Shown one piece after another: positions 1-7,637 of a stretch of 10,711 nucleotides of DNA (within the stretch, counting starts at the first letter, position 1; each line of letters begins with the position of its first letter). A program made the translations under genes and the position numbers. The notes under the pieces were generated by a model. That model searched no databases, was not told the DNA's origin, and was given only the letters and a program-made list of their open reading frames with translations. The DNA comes from a virus (lineage: Duplodnaviria > Heunggongvirae > Uroviricota > Caudoviricetes): the IMG/VR virus record IMGVR_UViG_2554235190_000004. The stretch is one strand, 5' to 3'.

Positions 1-567
1 ATGCTTATTGGCTATGTACGCGTGTCAACAAATGACCAGAACACCGATTTGCAACGTAGTGCGCTGAACTGCGCGGGATGTGAGCGGATTTTTGAGGATA
101 AAATCAGCGGCACTAAGTCCGACAGACCGGGGCTGAAAAAACTGCTCAGGACACTATCGGCAGGAGACACGCTGGTTGTCTGGAAGCTGGACAGGTTGGG
201 GCGCAGTATGCGGCATCTTGTTACGCTGATAGAAGAGTTACGCCAGCGTGGTGTGAATTTCAGAAGCCTGACTGACAGTATTGATACCAGTACCCCAATG
301 GGCCGTTTCTTTTTTCATGTCATGGGTGCCTTGGCTGAAATGGAACGCGAACTGATAGTTGAACGTACCAGGGCAGGGCTGGCTGCAGCTCGTGCCAAAG
401 GCAGAGTAGGTGGACGCCGTCCTAAGTTGACCACCGAACAGTGGGCACAGATTGGGCGTTTACTCGAGGCCGGAGAATCAAGACAGCGTATTGCACTGAT
501 TTTTGATGTAGGTGTTTCTACCATTTATAGAAAATTTCCGGCAAATAAGATCAATGAATCCCCCTGA
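1..567 (+). CDS. Serine site-specific DNA invertase (Hin/Gin/Pin/Cin family resolvase-invertase)
   Basis: 188-aa ORF beginning MLIGYVRVSTNDQ, the typical N-terminus of serine invertases with the catalytic Ser in the VRVSTxDQ motif; C-terminal helix-turn-helix (GVSTIYRKF). Length matches Hin/Gin/Pin (about 185-193 aa). The window begins exactly at the start codon, so the upstream crossover site is not visible. Confidence 0.9.
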   Translation: MLIGYVRVSTNDQNTDLQRSALNCAGCERIFEDKISGTKSDRPGLKKLLRTLSAGDTLVVWKLDRLGRSMRHLVTLIEELRQRGVNFRSLTDSIDTSTPMGRFFFHVMGALAEMERELIVERTRAGLAAARAKGRVGGRRPKLTTEQWAQIGRLLEAGESRQRIALIFDVGVSTIYRKFPANKINESP

Positions 568-615
568 ATCAGCATTATGTTGATTATCCCTGCAAGCAGA
601 CAAATACCGTTATTT

Positions 616-633
616 TGTGTGAATAACGGCACA
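616..633 (+). promoter_or_regulatory. Candidate Ogr-dependent late promoter upstream element (TGT-N12-ACA dyad) for the FI operon
   Basis: TGT at 616-618 and ACA at 631-633 separated by 12 nt, lying inside a hairpin-capable dyad (ccgttatt 607-614 / aataacgg 622-629). The dyad centre is about 85 bp upstream of the FI ATG, which would put a transcript start near 680 and leave a 5' UTR of about 30 nt with the AGGAGG at 695-700. P2-family late promoters carry TGT-N12-ACA centred near -55 (recalled from the literature). Confidence 0.4.
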
Positions 634-709
634 ACTGCGATTAGCTGTTTGGCAGGCACAATCACTTCAACATAGGGCGAAGCCTAATCCAATCAGGAGG
701 TTCGCCACT

Positions 710-1882
710 ATGGCTCAGGATTACCACCACGGGGTGCGCGTTGTTGAAGTCAACGAAGGCACCCGATCCATTACCACGGTGAGCACCGCCATCGTGGGTA
801 TGGTCTGCACGGGCGATGATGCCGATGCAAAAATGTTTCCTCTTAATAAACCCGTGCTGATCACTGATGTGCTGACTGCCAGCGGTAAAGCGGGTGAGTC
901 CGGCACGCTGGCCCGTTCGCTGGACGCCATCGCTGACCAGGCAAAACCCGTGACCGTTGTTGTGCGTGTGCCGCAGGGTGAAACGGAAGAAGAAACCACG
1001 ACCAATATCATCGGCGCAGTGACTGCAGAAGGTAAAAAAACAGGCATGAAAGCCCTGTTATCTGCCCAGACACAGCTCGGCGTTAAACCACGCATTCTCG
1101 GCGTGCCGGGTCACGATAACAAAGCCGTTGCTACTGAGTTGCTGAGCGTGGCGCAAAGCCTGCGCGGGTTTGCTTACCTGTCAGCGTATGGCTGCAAGAC
1201 GGTACAGGAGGCGATCACTTACCGTGAAAACTTCAGCCAGCGCGAAGGAATGCTGATCTGGCCCGACTTTACTGGCTGGGACACGGTGCTGAATGCCGAA
1301 GCAACGGCATATGCCACCGCCCGTGCGCTTGGTCTGCGCGCCAAAATTGATGAGCAGACCGGGTGGCACAAAAGCCTGTCCAACGTGGGCGTGAACGGTG
1401 TCACCGGAATTTCTGCAGATGTGTTCTGGGATCTGCAGGACCCGGCAACCGATGCGGGTCTGCTGAACCAGAACGACGTCACCACGCTTGTGCGTAAAGA
1501 CGGTTTCCGCTTCTGGGGTTCCCGCTGTCTGAGCGATGATCCGCTTTTTGCCTTCGAAAACTACACCCGCACGGCGCAGGTGCTGACGGACACAATGGCA
1601 GAAGCGCACATGTGGGCAGTGGACAAACCGCTGAACCCGTCGCTGGCGCGCGACATTATCGAGGGCATCCGCGCCAAAATGCGCAGCCTGGTCAGTCAGG
1701 GGTATCTCATTGGTGGTGATTGCTGGCTGGACGAGTCGGTGAACGACAAAGACACTCTGAAAGCCGGAAAACTCACCATCGACTACGACTACACGCCAGT
1801 GCCGCCACTTGAAAACCTGATGTTGCGTCAGCGCATCACCGATCAGTACCTGGTGAATTTCGCCAGCCAGGTCAGCGCGTAA
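710..1882 (+). CDS. FI: Contractile tail sheath protein (P2 gpFI family)
   Basis: 390-aa ORF, strong RBS AGGAGG 9 nt upstream of the ATG; size and position (directly before the tail tube gene) match P2 FI; the translation reads as a myophage sheath protein by my recollection of the family. Confidence 0.9.
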   Translation: MAQDYHHGVRVVEVNEGTRSITTVSTAIVGMVCTGDDADAKMFPLNKPVLITDVLTASGKAGESGTLARSLDAIADQAKPVTVVVRVPQGETEEETTTNIIGAVTAEGKKTGMKALLSAQTQLGVKPRILGVPGHDNKAVATELLSVAQSLRGFAYLSAYGCKTVQEAITYRENFSQREGMLIWPDFTGWDTVLNAEATAYATARALGLRAKIDEQTGWHKSLSNVGVNGVTGISADVFWDLQDPATDAGLLNQNDVTTLVRKDGFRFWGSRCLSDDPLFAFENYTRTAQVLTDTMAEAHMWAVDKPLNPSLARDIIEGIRAKMRSLVSQGYLIGGDCWLDESVNDKDTLKAGKLTIDYDYTPVPPLENLMLRQRITDQYLVNFASQVSA

Positions 1883-1891
1883 GGGGACAAC

Positions 1892-2407
1892 ATGGCTTTA
1901 CCACGTAAATTAAAACACCTGAACCTGTTTAACGACGGGAATAACTGGCAGGGGATCGTTGAGTCGCTGACGCTGCCGAAATTCACCCGCAAATATGAGA
2001 AGTATCGCGGCGGCGGAATGCCGGGGGCAGTGGATGTGGATCTGGGGCTTGATGACAGTGCGCTGGACACAGAATTTTCCATTGGTGGTACTGAACTGCT
2101 GCTGTTTAAGCAGATGGGCAAAGCCACGGTGGATGGCATCCAGTTGCGCTTTACCGGCTCTATCCAGCGTGACGATACCGGGGAAGTGCAGGCCGTGGAG
2201 CTTGTGGTGCGTGGACGTCACAAAGAAGTGGATTCCGGTGAGTGGAAGACGGGCGAAAGCAATACCACCAAAGTGACCAGTACCAACAGCTACGCGAAGC
2301 TGACCATCAATGGTGAGGTGCTCTATGAAGTGGACCTTATCAACATGGTGGAAATTGTGGACGGTGTGGACCTGATGGAAGCGCACCGCAACGCCCTCGG
2401 CCTCTGA
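1892..2407 (+). CDS. FII: Tail tube protein (P2 gpFII family)
   Basis: 171-aa ORF, RBS AAGGGGA 1881-1887, starts 10 nt after the FI stop; size and order match P2 FII. Confidence 0.9.
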   Translation: MALPRKLKHLNLFNDGNNWQGIVESLTLPKFTRKYEKYRGGGMPGAVDVDLGLDDSALDTEFSIGGTELLLFKQMGKATVDGIQLRFTGSIQRDDTGEVQAVELVVRGRHKEVDSGEWKTGESNTTKVTSTNSYAKLTINGEVLYEVDLINMVEIVDGVDLMEAHRNALGL

Positions 2408-2418
2408 TGTATCTGAAC

Positions 2419-2436
2419 GGCGCGGGATTCCGCGCC
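2419..2436 (+). other. GC-rich stem-loop between FII and E (7-bp stem ggcgcgg/ccgcgcc, 4-nt loop), no U-tract
   Basis: Perfect inverted repeat 2419-2425 / 2430-2436 seen in the sequence; it is followed by agaacccaattt rather than a T-run, so it is not a canonical intrinsic terminator. Confidence 0.3.
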
Positions 2437-2461
2437 AGAACCCAATTTACAGGACAACAAA

Positions 2462-2764
2462 ATGAGCGATAAGCAGACTGAAAAGACTATTCAACTGGAT
2501 ACCCCCATCATGCGCGGTAAAACAGAAATTACCGAAATTGTGCTGCGTAAACCGCAGTCCGGTGCGCTGCGCGGTACACGCCTGCAGGCCATTATGGATA
2601 TGGATGTGAACGCGATGATGACCGTGATCCCCCGCATCTCCAGCCCGGCACTGACTGCACAGGAAATTGCAGAGATGGACCCGGCAGATCTCACTGCCAT
2701 GTCGGTTGAGGTTGTCACTTTTTTGTTGAAGAAGTCGGTGCTTGCCGGTTTACCGACAGCCTGA
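2462..2764 (+). CDS. E: Tail assembly chaperone gpE (zero-frame product)
   Basis: 100-aa ORF lying between the tube and tape measure genes, as in P2; contains the T6G slippery site near its 3' end. Confidence 0.85.
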   Translation: MSDKQTEKTIQLDTPIMRGKTEITEIVLRKPQSGALRGTRLQAIMDMDVNAMMTVIPRISSPALTAQEIAEMDPADLTAMSVEVVTFLLKKSVLAGLPTA

Positions 2765-2898
2765 CGGTTGACGATCTGGTGGCAGATATCGCCACCATTT
2801 TTCACTGGCCGCCATCCGTTACTGACGTTATGCCGCTGACCGAAGTGCTGGAATGGCGGTATAAAGCGATTCAGAGAAGCGGGGCCAACGATGAGTGA
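2462..2898 (+). CDS. E+E': Tail assembly chaperone frameshift fusion gpE+E' (join about 2462..2725 with -1 shift to 2898)
   Basis: Hand translation of the -1 frame from 2719 gives FFVEEVGACRFTDSLTVDDLVADIATIFHWPPSVTDVMPLTEVLEWRYKAIQRSGANDE then stop, with no in-frame stop; the end overlaps the tape measure ATG at 2891. Absent from the supplied ORF track because it has no ATG of its own. Confidence 0.65.
2719..2725 (+). other. Programmed -1 ribosomal frameshift slippery heptamer TTTTTTG (E to E')
   Basis: tttttt g at 2719-2725 inside gpE; the -1 frame is open from here to the TGA at 2896-2898. This is the same arrangement as the P2 E/E' and lambda G/GT chaperone frameshifts. Confidence 0.65.
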
Positions 2899-5800
2899 TA
2901 ATAACCTGCGCCTGCAGGTCATTCTTAATGCGGTTGACAAACTCACCCGCCCATTCCGTGCTGCACAGGCCAGTTCGAAAGAGCTGGCTGGCGCAATCAG
3001 AAACTCCCGTAACGCATTAAAGCAACTCAATCAGGCGGGTAACAGCCTGGAAAAATTTCGCAAGCTGCAGGCCGATAACAAGAAGTTAGGCGACAGGCTG
3101 AACTATGCCAGACAGAAGGCTAATTTGCTTAGCTCTGAGCTGGAGGCGATGGAACAACCATCACAACGGCACCTTGTGGCTTTAGGTCGGCAAACGCTGG
3201 CAGTCCAACGCCTGGAAGAACAACAAAAATATTTGCAGAAGCAAACGGCACTTGTGCGTGCAGAACTGTACCGGGCGGGAATTTCTGCGAAAGATGATGC
3301 GGGAGCAACTGCCCGTTTAGCCCGTGAAACATCACGTTATAACCAGGAATTGTCGAAACAGGAGGCGCGGCTGAAGCGACTGGGGGAGGCTCAGCGCAGG
3401 ATGAATGCTGCGCGTGCCAGTTATGCCCGTTCGCTGGAGGTGCGTGATCGTATTGCAGGTGCCGGAGCCACCACCACGGCTGCAGGGCTGGCAATGGGCG
3501 CACCAGTGATGGCGGCAGTAAAAAGCTATACCAGCATGGAAGATGCCATGAAAGGTGTGGCAAAGCAGGTCAATGGTCTGCGTGACGATAATGGCAACCG
3601 CACTGCACGTTTTTATGAAATGCAGGATGCCATCAAGGCTGCCAGCGAACAGTTGCCGATGGAAAACGGTGCTGTGGACTTTGCCGCACTGGTTGAAGGT
3701 GGTGCGCGCATGAACGTCGCAAACCCTGACGACAGCTGGGAGGACCAGAAACGTGACCTGCTGGCCTTCGCCAGCACGGCAGCAAAGGCGGCAACAGCCT
3801 TTGAGCTGCCAGCGGATGAACTGTCAGAAAGTCTGGGGAAAATCGCCCAGCTCTACAAAATCCCTACCCGCAATATTGAACAGCTCGGTGATGCGCTGAA
3901 CTTTCTGGATGATAACGCCATGTCGAAAGGGGCGGACATCATTGATGTGATGCAACGTCTGGGCGGTGTGGCTGACCGTCTGGATTATCGTAAAGCGGCG
4001 GCGCTGGGTTCCACCTTCCTGACACTGGGCGCTGCGCCGGAGGTTGCAGCCAGTGCAGCAAACGCGATGGTGCGTGAATTGTCCATTGCCACCATGCAAA
4101 GCAAGAGTTTCTTTGAAGGGATGAATCTGCTGAAACTCAATCCTGAAGTGATTGAAAAGCAGATGACGAAGGATGCGATGGGAACTATCCAGCGTGTGCT
4201 GGAGAAGGTGAACGCACTGCCGCAGGACAAGCGTCTGTCTGCCATGACCATGTTGTTTGGTAAAGAGTTTGGCGATGACGCGGCGAAACTGGCAAACAAC
4301 CTGCCGGAACTACAGCGCCAGCTAAAACTGACAGCGGGCAATGATGCGCTCGGTTCCATGCAGAAAGAATCCGACATCAACAAGGACTCACTTTCTGCTC
4401 AGTGGTTGCTGGTCAAAACCGGAGCGCAGAACACCTTCAGCAGCCTGGGCGAAACGCTGCGCCAGCCGCTGATGGATATTCTGTACACGGTGAAAAGCGT
4501 CACAGGGGCGTTGCGTCGCTGGGTGGAAGCTAACCCGGAACTGACAGGCACACTGATGAAAGTAGCCGCTGTGGTGGCTGCCGTTACCGTGGGCCTCGGC
4601 ACCTTAGCGGTGGCGCTGGCTGCAGTGCTGGGGCCGCTGGCAGTGATCCGTCTGGGATTCTCTGTGCTGGGTATCAAAACGTTACCTTCCGTTACGGCAG
4701 CAGTAACTCGAACCAGCAGCGCGTTGTCCTGGCTGGCTGGCGCACCACTGGCACTGCTGCGACGCGGGCTTGCTTCATCGGGCAACGCCGCAGGTTTACT
4801 AACTGCGCCGTTGTCGTCTTTGCGCCGCACGGCATCACTGACGGGAAATGTCCTGAAAACGGTAGCAGGTGCGCCGGTTGCACTTTTGCGGTCTGGATTA
4901 TCCGGTTTACGTGCGGTTGCTGTGATGTTTATGAATCCACTGGCAGCACTACGCGGTGGACTGGCTGCCGCAGGCGCGGTGCTGCGAGTACTGGCATCTG
5001 GTCCACTGGCGATGCTGCGCGTTGCCCTGTATGCCGTATCTGGTCTGTTAGGTGCTCTGCTCAGTCCGATAGGTCTTGTGGTTACTGCACTGGCGGGCGT
5101 GGCGCTGGTTGTCTGGAAATACTGGCAACCCATCACCGCATTTCTTGGTGGCGTGGTGGAAGGATTCAAAGCGGCGGCAGGTCCCGTCAGTGCAGCATTC
5201 GAACCGCTTAAGCCCGTGTTCCAGTGGATTGGCGACAAAGTACAGGCGCTGTGGGGCTGGTTTACTGATCTGCTGACGCCCGTTAAGTCGACCTCTGCCG
5301 AACTGCAGAGTGCAGCGGCAATGGGGCGGCGATTCGGGGAGGCACTGGCGGAAGGGCTGAATATGGTCATGCATCCGCTGGACTCCCTGAAATCCGGCGT
5401 TTCCTGGTTGCTGGAGAAACTCGGCATTGTCAGTAAAGAGGCTGCAAAGGCGAAACTGCCGGAAAGAGTGACGCGTCAGCAACCTGCGACGGTGAATGCA
5501 GACGGTAAAGTGATGATGCCATCGGGTGGTTTTCCGTCATGGGGATATGGCTTTGCGGGGATGTATGACAGCGGCGGCTATATCCCGCGCGGGCAGTTTG
5601 GCATCGTCGGTGAAAACGGGCCTGAAATTGTTAACGGCCCGGCAAATGTGACCAGCCGGAGAAATACAGCTGCACTGGCTGCCGTTGTTGCCGGAATGAT
5701 GGGGGTTGCTGCCGCGCCTGCAGAGCTTCCACCGTTGCATCCTTTGGCACTTCCCGCGAAAGGCGGCGAAGCGATGGTGAGTCGTGCAGCCACTGTGCCG

Positions 5801-5968
5801 CCCGTTCACCGGATTGAGGCACCGACGCAGATCATCATTCAGACGCAGCCAGGACAAAGTGCGCAGGATATTGCACGGGAGGTGGCACGCCAGCTTGATG
5901 AACGTGAACGCAGGCTGAAGGCAAAAGCCAGGAGTAACTACAGCGATCAGGGGGGATACGACGCATGA
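2891..5968 (+). CDS. T: Tail tape measure protein (P2 gpT family)
   Basis: 1025-aa ORF immediately after the chaperone pair; N-terminal charged coiled-coil-like region, central hydrophobic Ala/Leu/Gly-rich repeats, conserved position. Its stop overlaps the start of U (ATGA at 5965-5968). Confidence 0.9.
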   Translation: MSDNNLRLQVILNAVDKLTRPFRAAQASSKELAGAIRNSRNALKQLNQAGNSLEKFRKLQADNKKLGDRLNYARQKANLLSSELEAMEQPSQRHLVALGRQTLAVQRLEEQQKYLQKQTALVRAELYRAGISAKDDAGATARLARETSRYNQELSKQEARLKRLGEAQRRMNAARASYARSLEVRDRIAGAGATTTAAGLAMGAPVMAAVKSYTSMEDAMKGVAKQVNGLRDDNGNRTARFYEMQDAIKAASEQLPMENGAVDFAALVEGGARMNVANPDDSWEDQKRDLLAFASTAAKAATAFELPADELSESLGKIAQLYKIPTRNIEQLGDALNFLDDNAMSKGADIIDVMQRLGGVADRLDYRKAAALGSTFLTLGAAPEVAASAANAMVRELSIATMQSKSFFEGMNLLKLNPEVIEKQMTKDAMGTIQRVLEKVNALPQDKRLSAMTMLFGKEFGDDAAKLANNLPELQRQLKLTAGNDALGSMQKESDINKDSLSAQWLLVKTGAQNTFSSLGETLRQPLMDILYTVKSVTGALRRWVEANPELTGTLMKVAAVVAAVTVGLGTLAVALAAVLGPLAVIRLGFSVLGIKTLPSVTAAVTRTSSALSWLAGAPLALLRRGLASSGNAAGLLTAPLSSLRRTASLTGNVLKTVAGAPVALLRSGLSGLRAVAVMFMNPLAALRGGLAAAGAVLRVLASGPLAMLRVALYAVSGLLGALLSPIGLVVTALAGVALVVWKYWQPITAFLGGVVEGFKAAAGPVSAAFEPLKPVFQWIGDKVQALWGWFTDLLTPVKSTSAELQSAAAMGRRFGEALAEGLNMVMHPLDSLKSGVSWLLEKLGIVSKEAAKAKLPERVTRQQPATVNADGKVMMPSGGFPSWGYGFAGMYDSGGYIPRGQFGIVGENGPEIVNGPANVTSRRNTAALAAVVAGMMGVAAAPAELPPLHPLALPAKGGEAMVSRAATVPPVHRIEAPTQIIIQTQPGQSAQDIAREVARQLDERERRLKAKARSNYSDQGGYDA
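4631..5029 (+). repeat. In-frame tandem repeats within the tape measure gene (six copies of a roughly 21-aa unit with core xPLAxLRxGL)
   Basis: Protein positions about 581-713: GPLAVIRLGF, APLALLRRGL, APLSSLRRTA, APVALLRSGL, NPLAALRGGL, GPLAMLRVAL at about 21-22-aa spacing, with correspondingly repetitive GC-rich DNA. Confidence 0.6.
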
Positions 5969-6450
5969 TGATGGTGCTGGGATTGTACGTGTTTATGCTG
6001 CGCACCGTGCCGTATCAGGAACTGCAGTATCAACGCAGCTGGCGACATGCGGCAAACAGCCGGGTAAACCGACGTCCGTCCACGCAGTTTCTGGGACCGG
6101 ACAACGACATGCTGACGCTTTCTGGTGTTCTTATGCCGGAGATAACAGGCGGCAGGCTGTCGTTGCTGGCTCTGGAGCAGATGGCAGAACAGGGAAAAGC
6201 ATGGCCCCTGATTGAAGGCAGCGGCACGATTTACGGCATGTATGTGATTGAGGGACTGAATCTGACTAAAACGGAGTTTTTCCGCGACGGTATGCCGCGC
6301 CGGATTGAGTTCACTCTGTCGCTCAAACGGGTGGATGAATCCCTGTCCGATATGTTCGGTGATCTCAGTGCGCAACTGAATAATTTGCAGAATACGGCAA
6401 CGTCTGCCTTAAGCGATATCAGTAAAACGGTGGGAGGGCTGCTGTCGTGA
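5965..6450 (+). CDS. U: Tail protein gpU
   Basis: 161-aa ORF, start overlaps the T stop (ATGA), stop overlaps the D start (GTGA); size and order match P2 gpU. Confidence 0.88.
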   Translation: MMMVLGLYVFMLRTVPYQELQYQRSWRHAANSRVNRRPSTQFLGPDNDMLTLSGVLMPEITGGRLSLLALEQMAEQGKAWPLIEGSGTIYGMYVIEGLNLTKTEFFRDGMPRRIEFTLSLKRVDESLSDMFGDLSAQLNNLQNTATSALSDISKTVGGLLS

Positions 6451-7547
6451 ATTTCAGCTCTGAACTGCTTAACAAAGGCAACAAAACTCCGGCATTCAGC
6501 ATCAGTATTGAGGGCAGGGATATCACTACTGTGCTGGATAACCGCCTGATGGGGCTTACGCTGACGGACAATCGGGGCTTTGAAGCGGACCAGCTTGATC
6601 TGGAGCTGGACGACGCCGACGGAAAAATCGTGCTGCCGCGCCGTGGTGCGGTCATTACGCTGGCGCTGGGCTGGAAGGGGCAGCCGCTTTTCCCGAAAGG
6701 GGCATTCACGGTGGACGAGATTGAACACACTGGCGCACCGGACCGCCTGACTATCCGGGCGCGAAGTGCTGATTTTAGGGAAACGCTGAATACCCGCCGT
6801 GAAAAATCGTGGCACAAGACCACGGTCGGGGAAGTGGTGAAGGAAATAGCCGTACGTCACAAGCTGAAGATGGCACTGGGTAAAGACCTGTCGGATAAGC
6901 CCGTGGAGCATATAGACCAGACTAATGAGAGTGACGGCAGTTTTCTGATGCGGCTGGCGCGCCAGTACGGTGCTATTGCGTCGGTGAAAAATGGCAATCT
7001 GTTATTCATCCGTCAGGGACAGGGTAAAAGTGCCAGCGGTAAACCACTGCCGGTGATCACTATCACACGTAAGGACGGCGACAGTCACCGCTTTACCCTG
7101 GCAGATCGCGGAGCCTATACGGGCGTAATTGCCAGTTGGTTGCATACCCGCGAACCCGCGAAGAAAGAAAGCACTACGGTGAAGCGTAAGCGCAGGACTA
7201 AGAAGCAGAAGAAAGAGCCGGAAGCGAAGCAGGGCGATTACCTGGTGGGGACGGATGAAAACGTGCTGGTACTTAATCGCACTTATGCCAACCGGAGCAA
7301 CGCCGAACGAGCGGCAAAAATGCAGTGGGAACGCCTGCAACGCGGCGTTGCGTCATTCTCGCTACAACTGGCGGAAGGTCGGGCAGATCTCTACACGGAA
7401 ATGCCAGTGAAAGTCAGTGGCTTTAAACAGCCGATAGATGATGCGGAATGGACCATTACGACTCTGACACATACCGTCAGCCCGGATAACGGTTTTACGA
7501 CCAGTCTGGAGCTTGAAGTGAGGATTGATGATTTCGAAATGGAGTGA
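6447..7547 (+). CDS. D: Tail protein gpD (late control gene D family)
   Basis: 366-aa ORF with GTG start at 6447 overlapping the U stop; position between U and ogr as in P2; contains a Lys/Arg-rich segment at protein positions about 235-262. Confidence 0.88.
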   Translation: MNFSSELLNKGNKTPAFSISIEGRDITTVLDNRLMGLTLTDNRGFEADQLDLELDDADGKIVLPRRGAVITLALGWKGQPLFPKGAFTVDEIEHTGAPDRLTIRARSADFRETLNTRREKSWHKTTVGEVVKEIAVRHKLKMALGKDLSDKPVEHIDQTNESDGSFLMRLARQYGAIASVKNGNLLFIRQGQGKSASGKPLPVITITRKDGDSHRFTLADRGAYTGVIASWLHTREPAKKESTTVKRKRRTKKQKKEPEAKQGDYLVGTDENVLVLNRTYANRSNAERAAKMQWERLQRGVASFSLQLAEGRADLYTEMPVKVSGFKQPIDDAEWTITTLTHTVSPDNGFTTSLELEVRIDDFEME

Positions 7548-7573
7548 TTCTTCGCAATGGAGAACTTTTAAGT

Positions 7574-7603
7574 TTGCAAAATGGAATAATACGGTATCAT
7601 TAT
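7574..7603 (+). promoter_or_regulatory. Candidate sigma70-type promoter for ogr (TTGCAA -35 at 7574-7579; TATCAT 7595-7600 or CATTAT 7598-7603 as -10)
   Basis: Hexamers read directly from the sequence in the AT-rich D-ogr intergenic region; spacing is 15 nt to TATCAT or 18 nt to CATTAT, neither ideal. Confidence 0.3.
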
Positions 7604-7637
7604 TGTGAATTTAGCAAAAATGGGGAGAACTCGAAAA

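Noticed and set aside
607-629. Hairpin after the invertase as an intrinsic terminator
   Set aside because: The 8-bp AT-rich stem is not followed by a U-tract; it is better explained as part of the TGT-N12-ACA late-promoter dyad, although that too is unproven.
1995-2276. 93-aa Cys/Trp-rich + strand ORF inside FII in an alternative frame
   Set aside because: Embedded in the tail tube gene; composition typical of an off-frame translation; no independent support.
2491-3030. 179-aa ORF on the - strand across the E / T start region
   Set aside because: Overlaps the conserved chaperone frameshift region on the opposite strand; no RBS; spurious.
4399-5427. 342-aa ORF on the - strand inside the tape measure gene
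   Set aside because: Ala/Ser/Pro/Arg-rich low-complexity translation typical of the antisense frame of GC-rich repetitive coding DNA; no RBS; fully embedded in a well-supported gene.
6231-6911. 226-aa ORF on the - strand spanning the U/D junction
   Set aside because: Antisense to two syntenic, translationally coupled tail genes; no recognisable domain features; likely chance open frame.
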